DNA from: Azolla caroliniana
Taxonomy: Eukaryota; Plantae; Polypodiophyta
Direction of reading: 5' to 3'
Length of the DNA stretch: 64,000 bases
Assembly: GCA_043228905.1 (NCBI GenBank)
Contig: JBHGNT010000013.1
Location: 8,680,001-8,744,000 of the forward strand
Under the pieces are notes generated by a model. It ran no database searches. It was given only the letters and a program-made list of their open reading frames with translations, and was not told where the DNA came from. Made by a program: the position numbers and the translations under genes. Shown piece by piece: positions 36,889-48,700 of the stretch; positions within the stretch are counted from its first letter, which is position 1; every line of letters starts with the position of its first letter.

Positions 36889-37592
36889 TGTTGGGAATCG
36901 ACGCTTAGATTCACCTTCTTCGCTCGGCCACAACCGAGTAAGCGCGAATCGATTGAGCAGAAAATAGGAATCACACAGAGAAACAAAAAACGCGAGTACA
37001 CAGGGATTAACGTGGAAAACCCTAGACGGGAAAAACCACGGGAGTACAGGACTCCAAACCAACACTATACAGAGAAGTATACAATGGCGAGCTCCAAGGC
37101 GACGACCTTGAGCTCGCTGTCCTCGCCACAGGCGGCGGAAATACACAGAGGCGTCGTCCTCTTCCTCTCTCGCGCTCTATCTCACTTTCTCTCTCTCACG
37201 GCTGCTTCCTCTTCACTCCTCTTGAGTAAAAACAGAAAAATAATAAGCAACAGTAAAACTGTTTGCCCTAAGTCATATTTATACACATATGACTTTGGGG
37301 CTATTTACAACTATAGCCTCAAGGGCCCTTGGCAAACATATTCACAGATATGTCCCCGCATCCGGATCTCTCTCCGGGTACATTCGGCATCCGGCTCCGT
37401 AGCCGGGGTCTTCATCATCCGGATCCGAAACCGGGTCTTCGTCATCCGGCTCCGTAGCCGGGGTCTTCATCATCCGGATCCGAAACCGGGTCTTCGTCAT
37501 CCGGTTCCAATACCGGGTACTCCTCATTCGGGTCTTCATTCCCGATTCCCGGACATCTGATCATCCCATCTGGAGGGACCGTAATCCCAACA
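36889..37592 (-). repeat. Copia-D 5' LTR
   Basis: Direct repeat of 32071-32774, followed on the - strand by the PBS. Confidence 0.96.
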
Positions 37593-37776
37593 TATTCATC
37601 ATTATTTATAGTAAGGTTCAATCCTTTGACCTTTTATTTATAAGGAATTATCTTTGGCAAATGAAAAAGTATTTTTGCTACCAATAAAGTTGACTTCACA
37701 ATACTAGTTTATTTGAACTACTATTTTACTTCTTTTCGAGGGTGTTTTCACACTATGTGTTAGAAACATCACTACA

Positions 37777-40386
37777 GCGTACATTTGCAATGCTTCTGAA
37801 CACCTTGAGGTGTGACAGGATCGGCTTCCTTCCGACAAGGAGCTTGTATGGAGTTAGCTCATTCACTCCATTAGTGGTGCATCGATTCATGAGATAGACC
37901 TTCGTGCAATAGAAGTTTGGCATGTGCTTCTCATGCATCATGGCGCGTGCTACCTCGAGTATTTGCCGATTCTTTCTTTCGGCTACTCCATTTTGGTTGG
38001 CGTGTGTGTTGGCATGAGAATTCTCTCTAGATGCCTTCACCTTGGAGGTAGGAGGTGAATTCGTCAGAGAAGTACTCCTTGCCTCCATCCGATCGTAGGC
38101 ATCGAATGTGCCGACCGGTTTCTTTTTCGACTTTCCCCTTAAGCTTTTGCAAGTGGGAGAGCACTTCCCTCTTCTTCTTCATCAAGAAGATCCATGTATA
38201 GCGCGAGTGGTTGTCAATGAAGATGACGTAGTATCGGCATCCGCCGATCGTCGGCGTTTGAACTGGTCCCCATACATCAGAGTGTATGACGTTGAGGAGC
38301 TCTCCTTTGGAAATGGGAGTCAATCTTGTTTGCCGAGTTGACATGCTCCGCATACTTGGTCGACTCGAATGTCGGAAGTCTGATGATGACTCCCTTTGAT
38401 TGCATAGCCCGAAGCCATTGGAGGTTTATGTGGCCGATTCTTTTGTGCCACAACTCGATGTTCGTCTTGGTTTTGAAACCTTTGGCATACATGGCCAATT
38501 TCACCTCGTTCGAATTGAGGATAAACATCTGGTCGTCTCTCCATTTCTTCACTATGAGTTGGCCATCTTTCTCAATGAAATAACCTTCATTGTCAAAGCG
38601 GACTTGCATGCCTTGCTCCACAATTTGGCCGATCGAGACCAAATTCTTCGTTATTGTGGGCACATGGAAGATATTCTTGATGCAAGTTTGCTCGCCTTCT
38701 TTCCCGAATGGGACATTGCCGAAGTGCCGAATGGGATGTGTGGTGTCGTCTCCCAGCTCTATGAAGCTGGGTCGTTCTGGCGTTCTTAAGTCACGGAACC
38801 ACTCTTGGTGTGATGTTATATGATGCGAAGTGCCGGAGTTGATGAACCACACGTCTTCCGAGTTGGAGGTGCTCGTGCAGTCAAAGACCAACATAGAGTT
38901 CGCTCTGTGTCTCATTACGAATAGACCACCGTAGTCGTCATATTCAGAGTTGTTGGCATAGTTTGTGAGTTGTCGGCTTGTCAAAGCCGACTCACTTCTC
39001 TTTTTCCGACACTCCTCTTCGCGGTGGCCGATTTTGCCGCAATAGTTGCAAGAAATGGGCCACGTTTACCGACCTTGTTCGGCATGGAAGCCCCCCTTAT
39101 TCCGAAGGTTTCTCGATGGCTTCCTTCTTATTGTCGAAGGTTTGAGTTCCCTTCGTGTAATGGGTCGAAACGACCTCTTCTACCACCTCGACCTCGTCCT
39201 CACTCGAGAAGAACATTTGTCCTTCTGACACCTTGGTCTTGGTTCGAATGTGGTTCTCTTCGACCAATAGCATTGATTGAAGGTCGAAGAACGGAGGGTT
39301 TTCCTTCGCGAAGATTGTCGTCCTCAATGAGTCGAATCGTTGTGCGAGGCCGTCCAAGCATACTTGAACCATCTCGTCTTCGTCGACGTTTATGTTGATA
39401 GAGCCAAGTGAGTCAGAAATGCTCTTTACCTTGGCCATGTAGTCTGACACCGACATATATTCTTGTCGAATGTTGTTCAACTCTTGTCGGAGTTGAAGAT
39501 TTCGAGCGATCGTGTTGGCGGCGAACATTTTCTTTAAGTTCGCCCATGCTTCTTTAGGCTTCTTGGCGTCTCGAATGTGGCTAAGCATGTGGTCGTGGAC
39601 ACATGTTGCCAAGCAATACATGACTCGACTCGCCGCTTGCTCCCATGTTGCATAGTCAGCATTCTTCGAGTCGGGTCAATATTCTTGTGCGTCGTTGATG
39701 TAGCTGCAATACCCTTGGCCAACGAGGTATTGTGTCATCTTGTACTCCCAAGATGAATAATTGTGCTAGTCTAGCTTTTCACTAGGGAGCGAGCTACCCA
39801 TTTGTGTGTTCATTTTGATGTAGTGTCTTGCTTTTTCGATTTCCTTCCCTTGATCACATATTCGTGCTACGTAGCGGCACTACGGTAGTGGATAGCCGGA
39901 ATTTGTTGTCGGCGTTTCGAACACACGATCACGGAGTCGGGTGGGCTTAGTGGATTTTCTAAACCACACACTCTAATACCATGTTAAGAATTAGGTAATT
40001 AAGCAAGGGTTAATTAGTACCTAATTATGTGATTAAGCTAAGCGGAAGATTAAGTGATATGTGTGTGTATGTGTGTGAGCAAGAGAGAAAGAAAGAAAGA
40101 TATATTAACGTCTTCTAAGGCCAAAATTGGCCCAAGAGAGAGAAGTACAGTTATGAACAACACAAGATGGAGGATGATTAACTCTATATTAAATTAGCAT
40201 CATCAAATACAAAAATACGCACGATGAGGTATATATAGATCTCATGTGCAAGGGTGCACATGTGTGAAGAGAATATATATACAAAGGTGTAAGTCCTATA
40301 TTAAATGTACTTAGGAGTGGAGGATCTAGAATATCCCACTTAAGTACAAGGTCCTATTTAAGCCGTTATAGTCAACCCTTCTAACA
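37777..40386 (-). mobile_element. Copia-E 5' part: LTR 39982-40386, PBS 39971-39981, degenerate gag-PR-INT
   Basis: TGTTA...TAACA segment abutting TGGTATTAGAG. LWHKRIGH, HSDVWGP, SDGGKEY and QNGVAERKNR. Confidence 0.85.
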
Positions 40387-40449
40387 AGATTCTATCTAGG
40401 TAACTACGAAGTTACATGGTTGACTAACTAACTAAACTAAGTTGAGCTC

Positions 40450-40717
40450 AAGATCTCTCAACAAAAACAATAACGACAACCCATACACTATTTTTCCTAG
40501 TTATATTTATACTCATATAACTTACGGGCTATTTACAAGTATGACCTCAACGGTCACGTCTGAACATATTTACAAATATGTTCCTACTTGTTGGTTCATA
40601 CTGGCTCTGGCCGGACTCATTCCGGATCCATCTAGTCTGGTTCCTCCCTTCGTCCCTTCTAATCCGGCTTGCTCGATTCTCATTTGGATCCCATCCGAAG
40701 GGACCTGTTTCTCAACA
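40450..40717 (-). repeat. U3 fragment of an LTR related to Copia-A/D
   Basis: The reverse complement starts TGTTGAGAAACAGGTCCCTTCGGATGG, compared with TGTTGGGAGACAGGTCCCTCCGGATGG in Copia-A. Confidence 0.7.
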
Positions 40718-40899
40718 AGATAGAGCATGGACACGGGTCTATAGTCAAGGACATTGTAAGAGCTTGCAATGGATGAGTTGGGAATTGGCCTCGATTACTA
40801 CCTTATGCATTGTGGGCGGACAAAACCAGACACAGTTCAGTGACAAGGTTCATGCCAGCTGAGCTCATGTATGGACAAAAACTAGTAATTCCCATTGAG

Positions 40900-41660
40900 G
40901 ACACAATCACATCATGGGTAGCAATTCCGTGGGAAAATGAGATGAGCTTCGAAGAGCTTCGGCAACAAGGATAAGGCAACTCGAGAGGAGGCCGGAAGAT
41001 TTGGAGTTGGCGAAGGAGAGGTTAGAAGCTGCTAGACTATAGAACAAAGCCTGATTCGACAAGACATACCGGCTTGTCCCTGGAAGATCGAAGGAGGCTA
41101 GGTAATCGAGTATGATAACATGCTCGACAACCAACATAACTTGATGAGAAATATCAAGGACAATGAGATGAGCTTGGAAGATCTTTGGCAACAAGGATAA
41201 GGCAACTTAAGAGGACGCCGAAAGATTTGGAGTTGACGAAGGAGAGGTTAGAAGCGGTTAGACTACAGAACAAAGCTTGATTCGACAAGACACACCAGCT
41301 TGTTCCTCGAAGATAGAATGAAACTGGGTAATTGTGTATGATAACATGCTTGACAACCAACATAGCTCGAAGTTCGTGAGAAGTTGGTTCGGCCCGTACG
41401 TAATAACAAGCACAAACGACAATGCCACCTACTACCCCGCCGAACTCGATGGAACAAGGATAGCAGTACCAATAGCGGGGAAGAGGGTCATGATCTTCAA
41501 GAAGCGACATGACGAAGAGCCAAATCTTGATGGCCTCGAAGAAGATGAGAATGAGCAAGCCACGGGTCACCAAGTCAACGAGGAGGAAATGGATGATTGA
41601 TCTCCCTCAGCCCGCCATTCTTGGCACATACATGAGGATAGGTGGTTTGATGGGGGTGGA
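40900..41660 (+). pseudogene. pol: Gypsy integrase C-terminal remnant with an internal ~226-bp duplication and a possible PPT at ~41652-41660
   Basis: WFGPY..ELDGT..GKRV motif; GGGGGTGGA precedes TGTTGTG. Confidence 0.6.
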
Positions 41661-44600
41661 TGTTGTGATGTGACGTGCCGAGTGCGAGAAATGCACATGC
41701 ACAAGGGAAACAGAATGAATGACGGCGCTGGGCAAAAAGGTAGAGAGAGGAGAGAGAGAGAATCTACAACACATTGAAGGAAGAAAGAGGAAAAGGATTA
41801 GTTTAATCGTAACTAAGAGTGACTAGCCTAATGGATAAGATCTTTCACTCATTGTTATAAGCCTAGAGGTCCAATATTTAACCAAGTAGCGCGATTTACG
41901 AGGATTTTATTTCTGTTCCTCCTTTTCAAGGAGTAGGGAGTAAAATCATAAACATTATGTTAGTGGCTTGTCCAGCCCACGTACAAACCCTAAACCCTAA
42001 ACCCTGCACCATGCGTTCTCAATGCTTGCTTTGCCATTCCAGAAACCACACAATGGATCGGTGCGAGTATAACTTGTTGAATTGGCAAGCACCACCAGTC
42101 CGGCAAATTGAACCACGGAGCAACCAGGAGGAGGAAGAAGAGTGTTGGCGACGAGAGGAGCGTTACCGGTCGGCACAAGATGTCCGGTACGGTGATCGAA
42201 GAAACGCTTACGACCGCGACCGGTATGATAAATATGATAAATATCGGGACTATAATGGGGAACAGAATGAGCGATACAACCAGGATCACTCCCCCAGTTA
42301 CAACCCCCAAAGGGAGGACTATGGCAAGTACAACGACCGGCTCCAACAGGATTTCTGGAACAAAAAACATTTCAACAAAAAACGCCATTTCAATAAAAAA
42401 GGGGGTCACCAACGGGAGCCGGAACAGGGTACATCAAGCAAACAACCAGACCAAGGCCAAGCACTTACCATAGGACCTCAAACAGGTGCCGGGGCGAAAG
42501 CAGAATCCAGCAACACCTGGAAGGCATACTGCTACTATTGCCAACAAGAGGGACACTACAGTAACCAATGTCCGGCGAAAAGCTACGATAAGCGACCAGC
42601 AGTAAACATGGTGGTAGCGGAGGTCGCGGACATACAACAAGTGACCATGAGGGCAAAAGAAAGCAACGGAGTGGGAAACCCAAGAAGCCATCCGGAAGCA
42701 GGCCACCGAATGGGTAAAGAAGGCAAACGAGCAGAATGTGGCAGAACTGGAGCAACAAAAGGAGAATCTAGAGGAGCCCACTAGCAATAGCTAGGCAGAA
42801 AACCCAACATGGCAGGCGTTGCAAGAAGGCCAAATCACGTTGCCATTAGGTCAGCTATTGCAGTTAGTACCTCGGTTTACGGAAGGACTGAAGACGGGAA
42901 TGACTGCGGTCGGCACGCCACCGGCTCCGACATTCTTTTCTAATCCAGAAGAAGGACCGATGGTAGTGGACACGAGCAGTCCAGCTATCACAATCATCGT
43001 CAAGGGATGAGAGCTACCCGGAATGATTATAGACGGAGGATCCGGCGTGAATGTGATTAGCCTCCGAACTTGTAATACCCTGGGAATCCAGGACTGGGAG
43101 CCATGCCCATTTTGGCTCCGGATGGCGGACACAAGTTCAATAAGACCTACCGGATTGATACGAGATTTGGAAGTCACTATCGGAGGTCACGCATTATGCA
43201 TTTCGGCAATAGTCCTCCAGCTCAATGCACAAGGGGCATACCCACTGTTGTTGGGCCGACCATGGTTAAAAACAACGCACATTAAGCAAAACTGGCAGAA
43301 AAACATAATCACTTTTCGGTGCGGCAAAGCGAAAGTACAAGTACCTACACAACCACGTTCGAGTACCGGCAAGGAGCTGACACCGCTCTATGCGGAATGT
43401 GTCAACATGCTTGAAGGATTAGCCGATGAAGAGGTCGATTAGTACTTACAAGAGAATCCAAAAATTGTACCCTTATTTGAAGTTGATGTCATCGAAGTAG
43501 TGGCACCATATATAATACAACCGGAGGATGGCGATGAAGAACCAGATAAAGAAGCCATCAGAGAGTTACGGCATGTGCAGGAAGCTTTGGAGAAGGAATT
43601 GGCAGTATCCCAACGTGTAAAAGCCTCTCAGCTGGAAGAGGTAAACCTAGGCACCATAGAAGACACAAGACCGGTTCACATCGCCAAAGAAATGACTCCC
43701 GAAAGGAAGACGGCAATGATCACCTTATTAAAGGAGTTTCGGGACATGTTCGTGTGGTCTTACGGGGACATGCGGGGGCTAGATCCTCAGTTGTATAAAC
43801 ACTAGATACATTTGAGTAAGGATGCCAAGCCGGTGGCGCAACGGCGCTATCGGATGAACCCTAACTATGCAGCAAAAGTTTAGGACAAAATCGACAAATT
43901 GTTACGAGTAGGGTTCATCCGACCAGTCAAAAAGGCGACATGGTTGAGCCCGATAGTCGTCATACCAAAAAAGAACGGAAAAATCCAGGTATGTGTTGAC
44001 TACCGGAAATTGAATGCGGCAACGGTAACCAACGCCTTCCCACTCCCTTTTACGGATGGAGTCCTGGATGCAGTAGCCGGTCACAAAGTTTATAGTTTCC
44101 TGGACGGGTTTAGCGGCTACAATCAGATCCGGATGCACCCCGATGACCAGGAAAAAACCGCTTTTGTTACCGAATGGGGAGTATTTGTCGCCATAGTCAT
44201 GATGTTCAGACTTAAAACGGCGTCGGCAACCTTTCAGCGAATAATCGTGGAGATTTTCGGAGAATTTATTCTAGCATTCATGCAGGTGTTCTTAGACGAT
44301 TCAAGCGGTGCACTACTAGGCCACATCGTTAGCAAGGACAGTATTGCAGTAGACCCGGACAAGGTCAAAGCAATTTTGGAGGCACCAGCACCCACCACGG
44401 CGAAAGCATTGAGTCGGTTCCTAGGACAAATCTAGTGGCATAGCCGGATGCTCCAATATCTAGCAGACCTGGCCACACCATTGTATGCCGCGGTGCACCG
44501 GACACCGTTTCAATGGACGGACACAGAAGAGAAGGCTTACCGGGCATTAAAAGTACTACTATCACAAGCACCGGTGGTGCAACCTCCGGATTGGTCTAAC

Positions 44601-45296
44601 GAATTCCACGTATTCATAGACGCGTCCGACATAGCAATAGGGAGTGCATTAATGCAGCGTACCGAACCCAAGTGGTACCGGCCTGTGTATTATGCCAACC
44701 CTAAGCTGTCCCAAGTGGAACGAAATTACTCTACGATGGAAAGAGAAGCCTTGGGCATGAGCTATAGCATCACCAAGTTCCGACACTATCTGTTGGGGAG
44801 GAAATTTTCCTTTCATGTAGATCATTCGGCGCTACTTTACTTGGTCTCGAAAGCATCACTCACGGGTAAGTTGGCCCGGTGGACGCTATTATTACAGGAA
44901 TTTGAGTTCGAGATATTCCACCGGCCAGGCATACAACATGCGGTTGCAGATTATTCGAGCCGGTTAGACTCCGGAGAAACCGGTGACGGAGTCGCAGACG
45001 AATTTTCGGATGCAGACTTGTTTAGGGTCACAGCTAAAACGGCAACAGATGGTACGATCATCGAGAGGACAAGTGGCTCACTGACATGCACCAATTCCTG
45101 AGCACTGGATTACCTCCAGAGGAGATGAACAAAGACAAGCGGAAAAGATTAGTAGTACAAAGCCATCACTTCTGCCTACTACAGAACACACTGTACCATA
45201 AAGGCGTGGATGGCATATGGCGGCTCATGGTGCACAACGACGAAAAAGACCAAATACTGCATGAAGCACACTACGGCGTTGCCGGAGGGCATTACG

Positions 45297-45599
45297 TGTT
45301 GGAGACAAGGCCGTCAATGCGGAAGATCAAGTAGCATTCGATTGGGGTTGAGTACCTGCGTATGACAGTTTCTGAGATCGTGCACAGAGATAGAGAGAGA
45401 GAGAGAGAGAGAGGCACAAAAGAATCTTTCTATTCAATAGAAACAATAATACAACCAACCTTACAAAAAGGTTACTAGGTCACTTTATATAGTGACAAAC
45501 TTAGGGCAACTACCATTTATGCTAATTACACAAATGGCCCAAACTTGAGCTATACAAAGGGATAGTGTGAATACGTCCATTATACACTTGTATTCGACA
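45297..45599 (-). repeat. Copia-F 3' LTR
   Basis: Identical by eye to 50522-50824. Confidence 0.96.
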
Positions 45600-45792
45600 C
45601 TCCCCCGTAATGGGCGTATACATGGGTTATCTAAGATTACAGGTATAAACCTAGGTTCTCGGACATATCAGTTTTGTTCGAGTCGGCAGGGTCCGAAGGC
45701 AGAAGACCGGACTGGTCGGGTCGGAAGAGTTGAAGCCGATCATTAAGTAACTGATGTCGGTTGTCTGAAACCATCCTGCGCTGTGTCCGGCT

Positions 45793-48700
45793 CTAACCGG
45801 ACTGGTTTGTCGTTACGCCCATCTGATGCCGAAGGGACCGAAAGCGGTCTGCCGAGAGACACTTGGTCATTCCATCTGCGACATTGTCGGTTGTGGATAT
45901 TTTCTCTAGACCGATTTTCCCTGAAATGACGCAGTCCCGAACGAAGTGATATCGAACGTCGATATGTTTGGAGGCGTTGTGGTGAACCGGATTTTTCGAC
46001 AAGGCAACAACACCTTGACTGTCGCTATAGACAACTGGGGCCGAGTCATGGTCGACTTGTCGAAACGTGTGCGCCAGCCGGCCGAGCCACAAAGCTTCTT
46101 TTGCAGCGTCGGACGCAGCTACATATTCTGCTTCGGTCGTTGAGGTCGCTGTGCACTCCTGAAGTTTCGATTTCCACGAAATTGCTCCATTGCCGAATTT
46201 GAAGCAGTATCTGGTTGTTGATTTCCGACTGTCTATAGAGCCGGCGAAGTCCGAGTCGGTGTAACCGACTACGCCTGAGGTTGAGTTCGGACCGAAAAGA
46301 ATGTCGTGGTCTTTTGTGCCAGCCAGATATTTGAACACATGCTTGACTGCGTTCCAATGCGATCGGCCAGGATTGTGCATAAATCTGCTAACGACTCCTA
46401 CGGCATGAGAGATATCAGGCCGTGTCGTGACCATCAGGTACATAAGGGAGCCGACTGCCGGTGCATACGGTACCGACTTCATATCTTCCCCCTCCGGACC
46501 GGATGTCGAGCAGTCTCGCTGAGAGAGCCGAAGATTCATGGGGAGCGGGGTTGAAGCAGATTTGGCTGATTGCATGTTGAAGCGTTCCAAGACACGTCCG
46601 ATATAGTCGGTCTGAGACAAAAAAAGATGTCGTTTATCGCGATGCCGACTAATCTTCATGCCAAGTATGTGTCGTGCCGGACCGAGGTCCTTCATGGCAA
46701 ACTTCAACCGCAATTGCCGAATGAGATCGGCAAGTTCGCCCGCGTGGCGTCCAGAAATTAGCATGTCGTCCACGTAAATGATGAGGAAGATGGGTGATCC
46801 ATCTTGAGCTGTGTTGGTAAAAAGACAATGGTCCTCATCGCTTTTGGAGAAGCCGATCGATTGGATGAAGTCGTCGAACTTCTTGTACCATTGTCGCGGT
46901 GCCTGTTTGAGGCCGTATAGACTCTTCCTGAGTCGGTAGACTAGATGTTCTTGGCCAGTTGCCACGAAGCCTTTTGGCTGCTCCATATAAATTTCCTCTT
47001 CAAGATCACCATGGAGGAAGGCTGTTTTGACATCTAGCTGAATCAGCTCCAAGTTGTCGGTTGCCACTACGCCGAGTAGAAAACGAAGGGTTGTCATTTT
47101 CACCACTGGTGAAAAAATCTCGTCGAAGTCGACGCCATATTCTTGTCGGAAGCCCTTCGCAACTAATCTGGCCTTGTACTTTGGGGTGGTCGAATCAGAC
47201 GTCTCTTTTAGTCGATAAACCCACTTGCAAGGAAGAGCACGTCGATTCTTAGGTAATTCGACCAGATCCCAAGTCTTGTTTGCCCGAATGGAGTGCATTT
47301 CCGACTCCATCGCCAGATGCCAGGTGGCTGAATCGACAGATGTCGATGCTTCTTCGTAAGACGTCGGTTCGCCGGCGTCGGTGAAGAAAATTCCAGGAGA
47401 ATACCTCTCCGGAGGTTGCGACAGTCTCTCGGATCGTCGAGGTATGATTGGACTGGTCGTATCGGGTATGGAGGTCGGATGGTCCGAAAGCGGATTATTC
47501 TGCTGTGCCGAGTCAGAGTTGTCCGAGTCGGTAGTGGAAGGTTCAGCTACCCGCGAAGCTGACCGTGTGTTAAGAGCGGGGCCTTCTTGAAGGGTCGGCA
47601 CATCGGAAAATGTTACCCTTCGGACTTCGATCGGTGTTTTGACTGATGGATTCATAGCCGACTCGTTGAACACAACGTCCGAACTTCGAACGATTTGTCT
47701 GCGTTCGGGGTCCCAGAGTCGGTATCCCATTTCGCCGTCTGATCCATATCCAAGGAAAATGCATTTCCTGGACCGAGGTGCAAGTTTTCGGCGATCATCT
47801 TTCGGAATAAGGGCGTACGCCTCGCATCCGAAGATCCTCAGCTTGTCGTAATTTGGCTTACTGCCGATCCATAGTTCCTGAGGAATTTGAAGTCCTAGAG
47901 GTCTGCTTGGCGACATATTGATTATGTGTACTGCCGTGAGTAGAGCCTCTGCCCAGAAGCCATCCGACAGTCCGGAGTGTTGGAGCATGGAAACTATCCG
48001 TTCTTGGATTGTCCGATTCATGCGTTCTGCAATCCCGTTTTGCTCCGGATTGTGTGGTGCCGTAAATTCACGTCGGATGCCGCGTTGTCGGCAGAATTTG
48101 ACGAATTCTTCTGATTTGAACTCTCCCCCATTGTCGGTCCGAAAGCATTTCAGTTTTCCGTCAGTTTGATTTTCTACCATAGCAAGCCAATCGGAGAAGA
48201 TCGAGAAGACACGATCTTTGGTGCGAATTGGATAAGCCCACACCTTTCGTGTCGAATCGTCAATAAAACTGACGAAGTAAGAGGCACCGCCGAGAGACTG
48301 ATGCGGCATTGGGCCACAGACGTCCGAGTGGACTAAATCGAGAGGTCTCGTTTCTCTTGGTGCTGATGTAGGGTGTGATGCGGCTGCTTGTTTGCCATAC
48401 TGGCAATGTTCGCAGAATTGATGGTCCGAGAAGGAGAGTTTAGGGATGTATCCGGCTCTAGATAGGTGCGTAATGCCGGCCTTGCTGAGGTGTCCTAATC
48501 TTCTGTGCCATAGTGATGACACAGGAATATCCACCAAAAACAGGTTACCCTCTCTGAGCGTAACATGTAACGGATACAGTGAGTGTATCTTGGGTCCTCT
48601 AGCAAGCAGGAGGTTCCCCCTGTGGAGTGTCCACCCTCCTGAAGAAAAACCGGCACGAATGCCGTCTTCATCTAGTTGTCCGACTGAGATCAATGGCCTT

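Larger units (their letters stand above)
32071..37592 (-). mobile_element. Copia-D: intact young Ty1/copia element, TSD TATTC
   Basis: 704-bp LTRs at 32071-32774 and 36889-37592 (2 differences by eye). PBS at 36874-36885, PPT ~32777-32786, and an uninterrupted ORF. Confidence 0.97.
30002..37776. mobile_element. Putative ~1.6-kb solo LTR (after removing two nested inserts), 4-bp TSD GCAT/GCGT
   Basis: Termini TGTCGTG...CACTACA. Removing it restores the Copia-E frame (..IANVRI..). It is non-coding and contains a tandem repeat. Confidence 0.7.

Noticed and set aside
36859-37146. 96-aa N-terminal extension of the 1453-aa ORF
   Set aside because: Non-ATG start inside the LTR; the real start is most likely ATG 36858 after the PBS.
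41986-42005. Telomere-like AAACCCT repeats (also TTAGGG-like at ~62560)
   Set aside because: Only 2-3 units, within gag coding or LTR sequence; no evidence of telomere healing.
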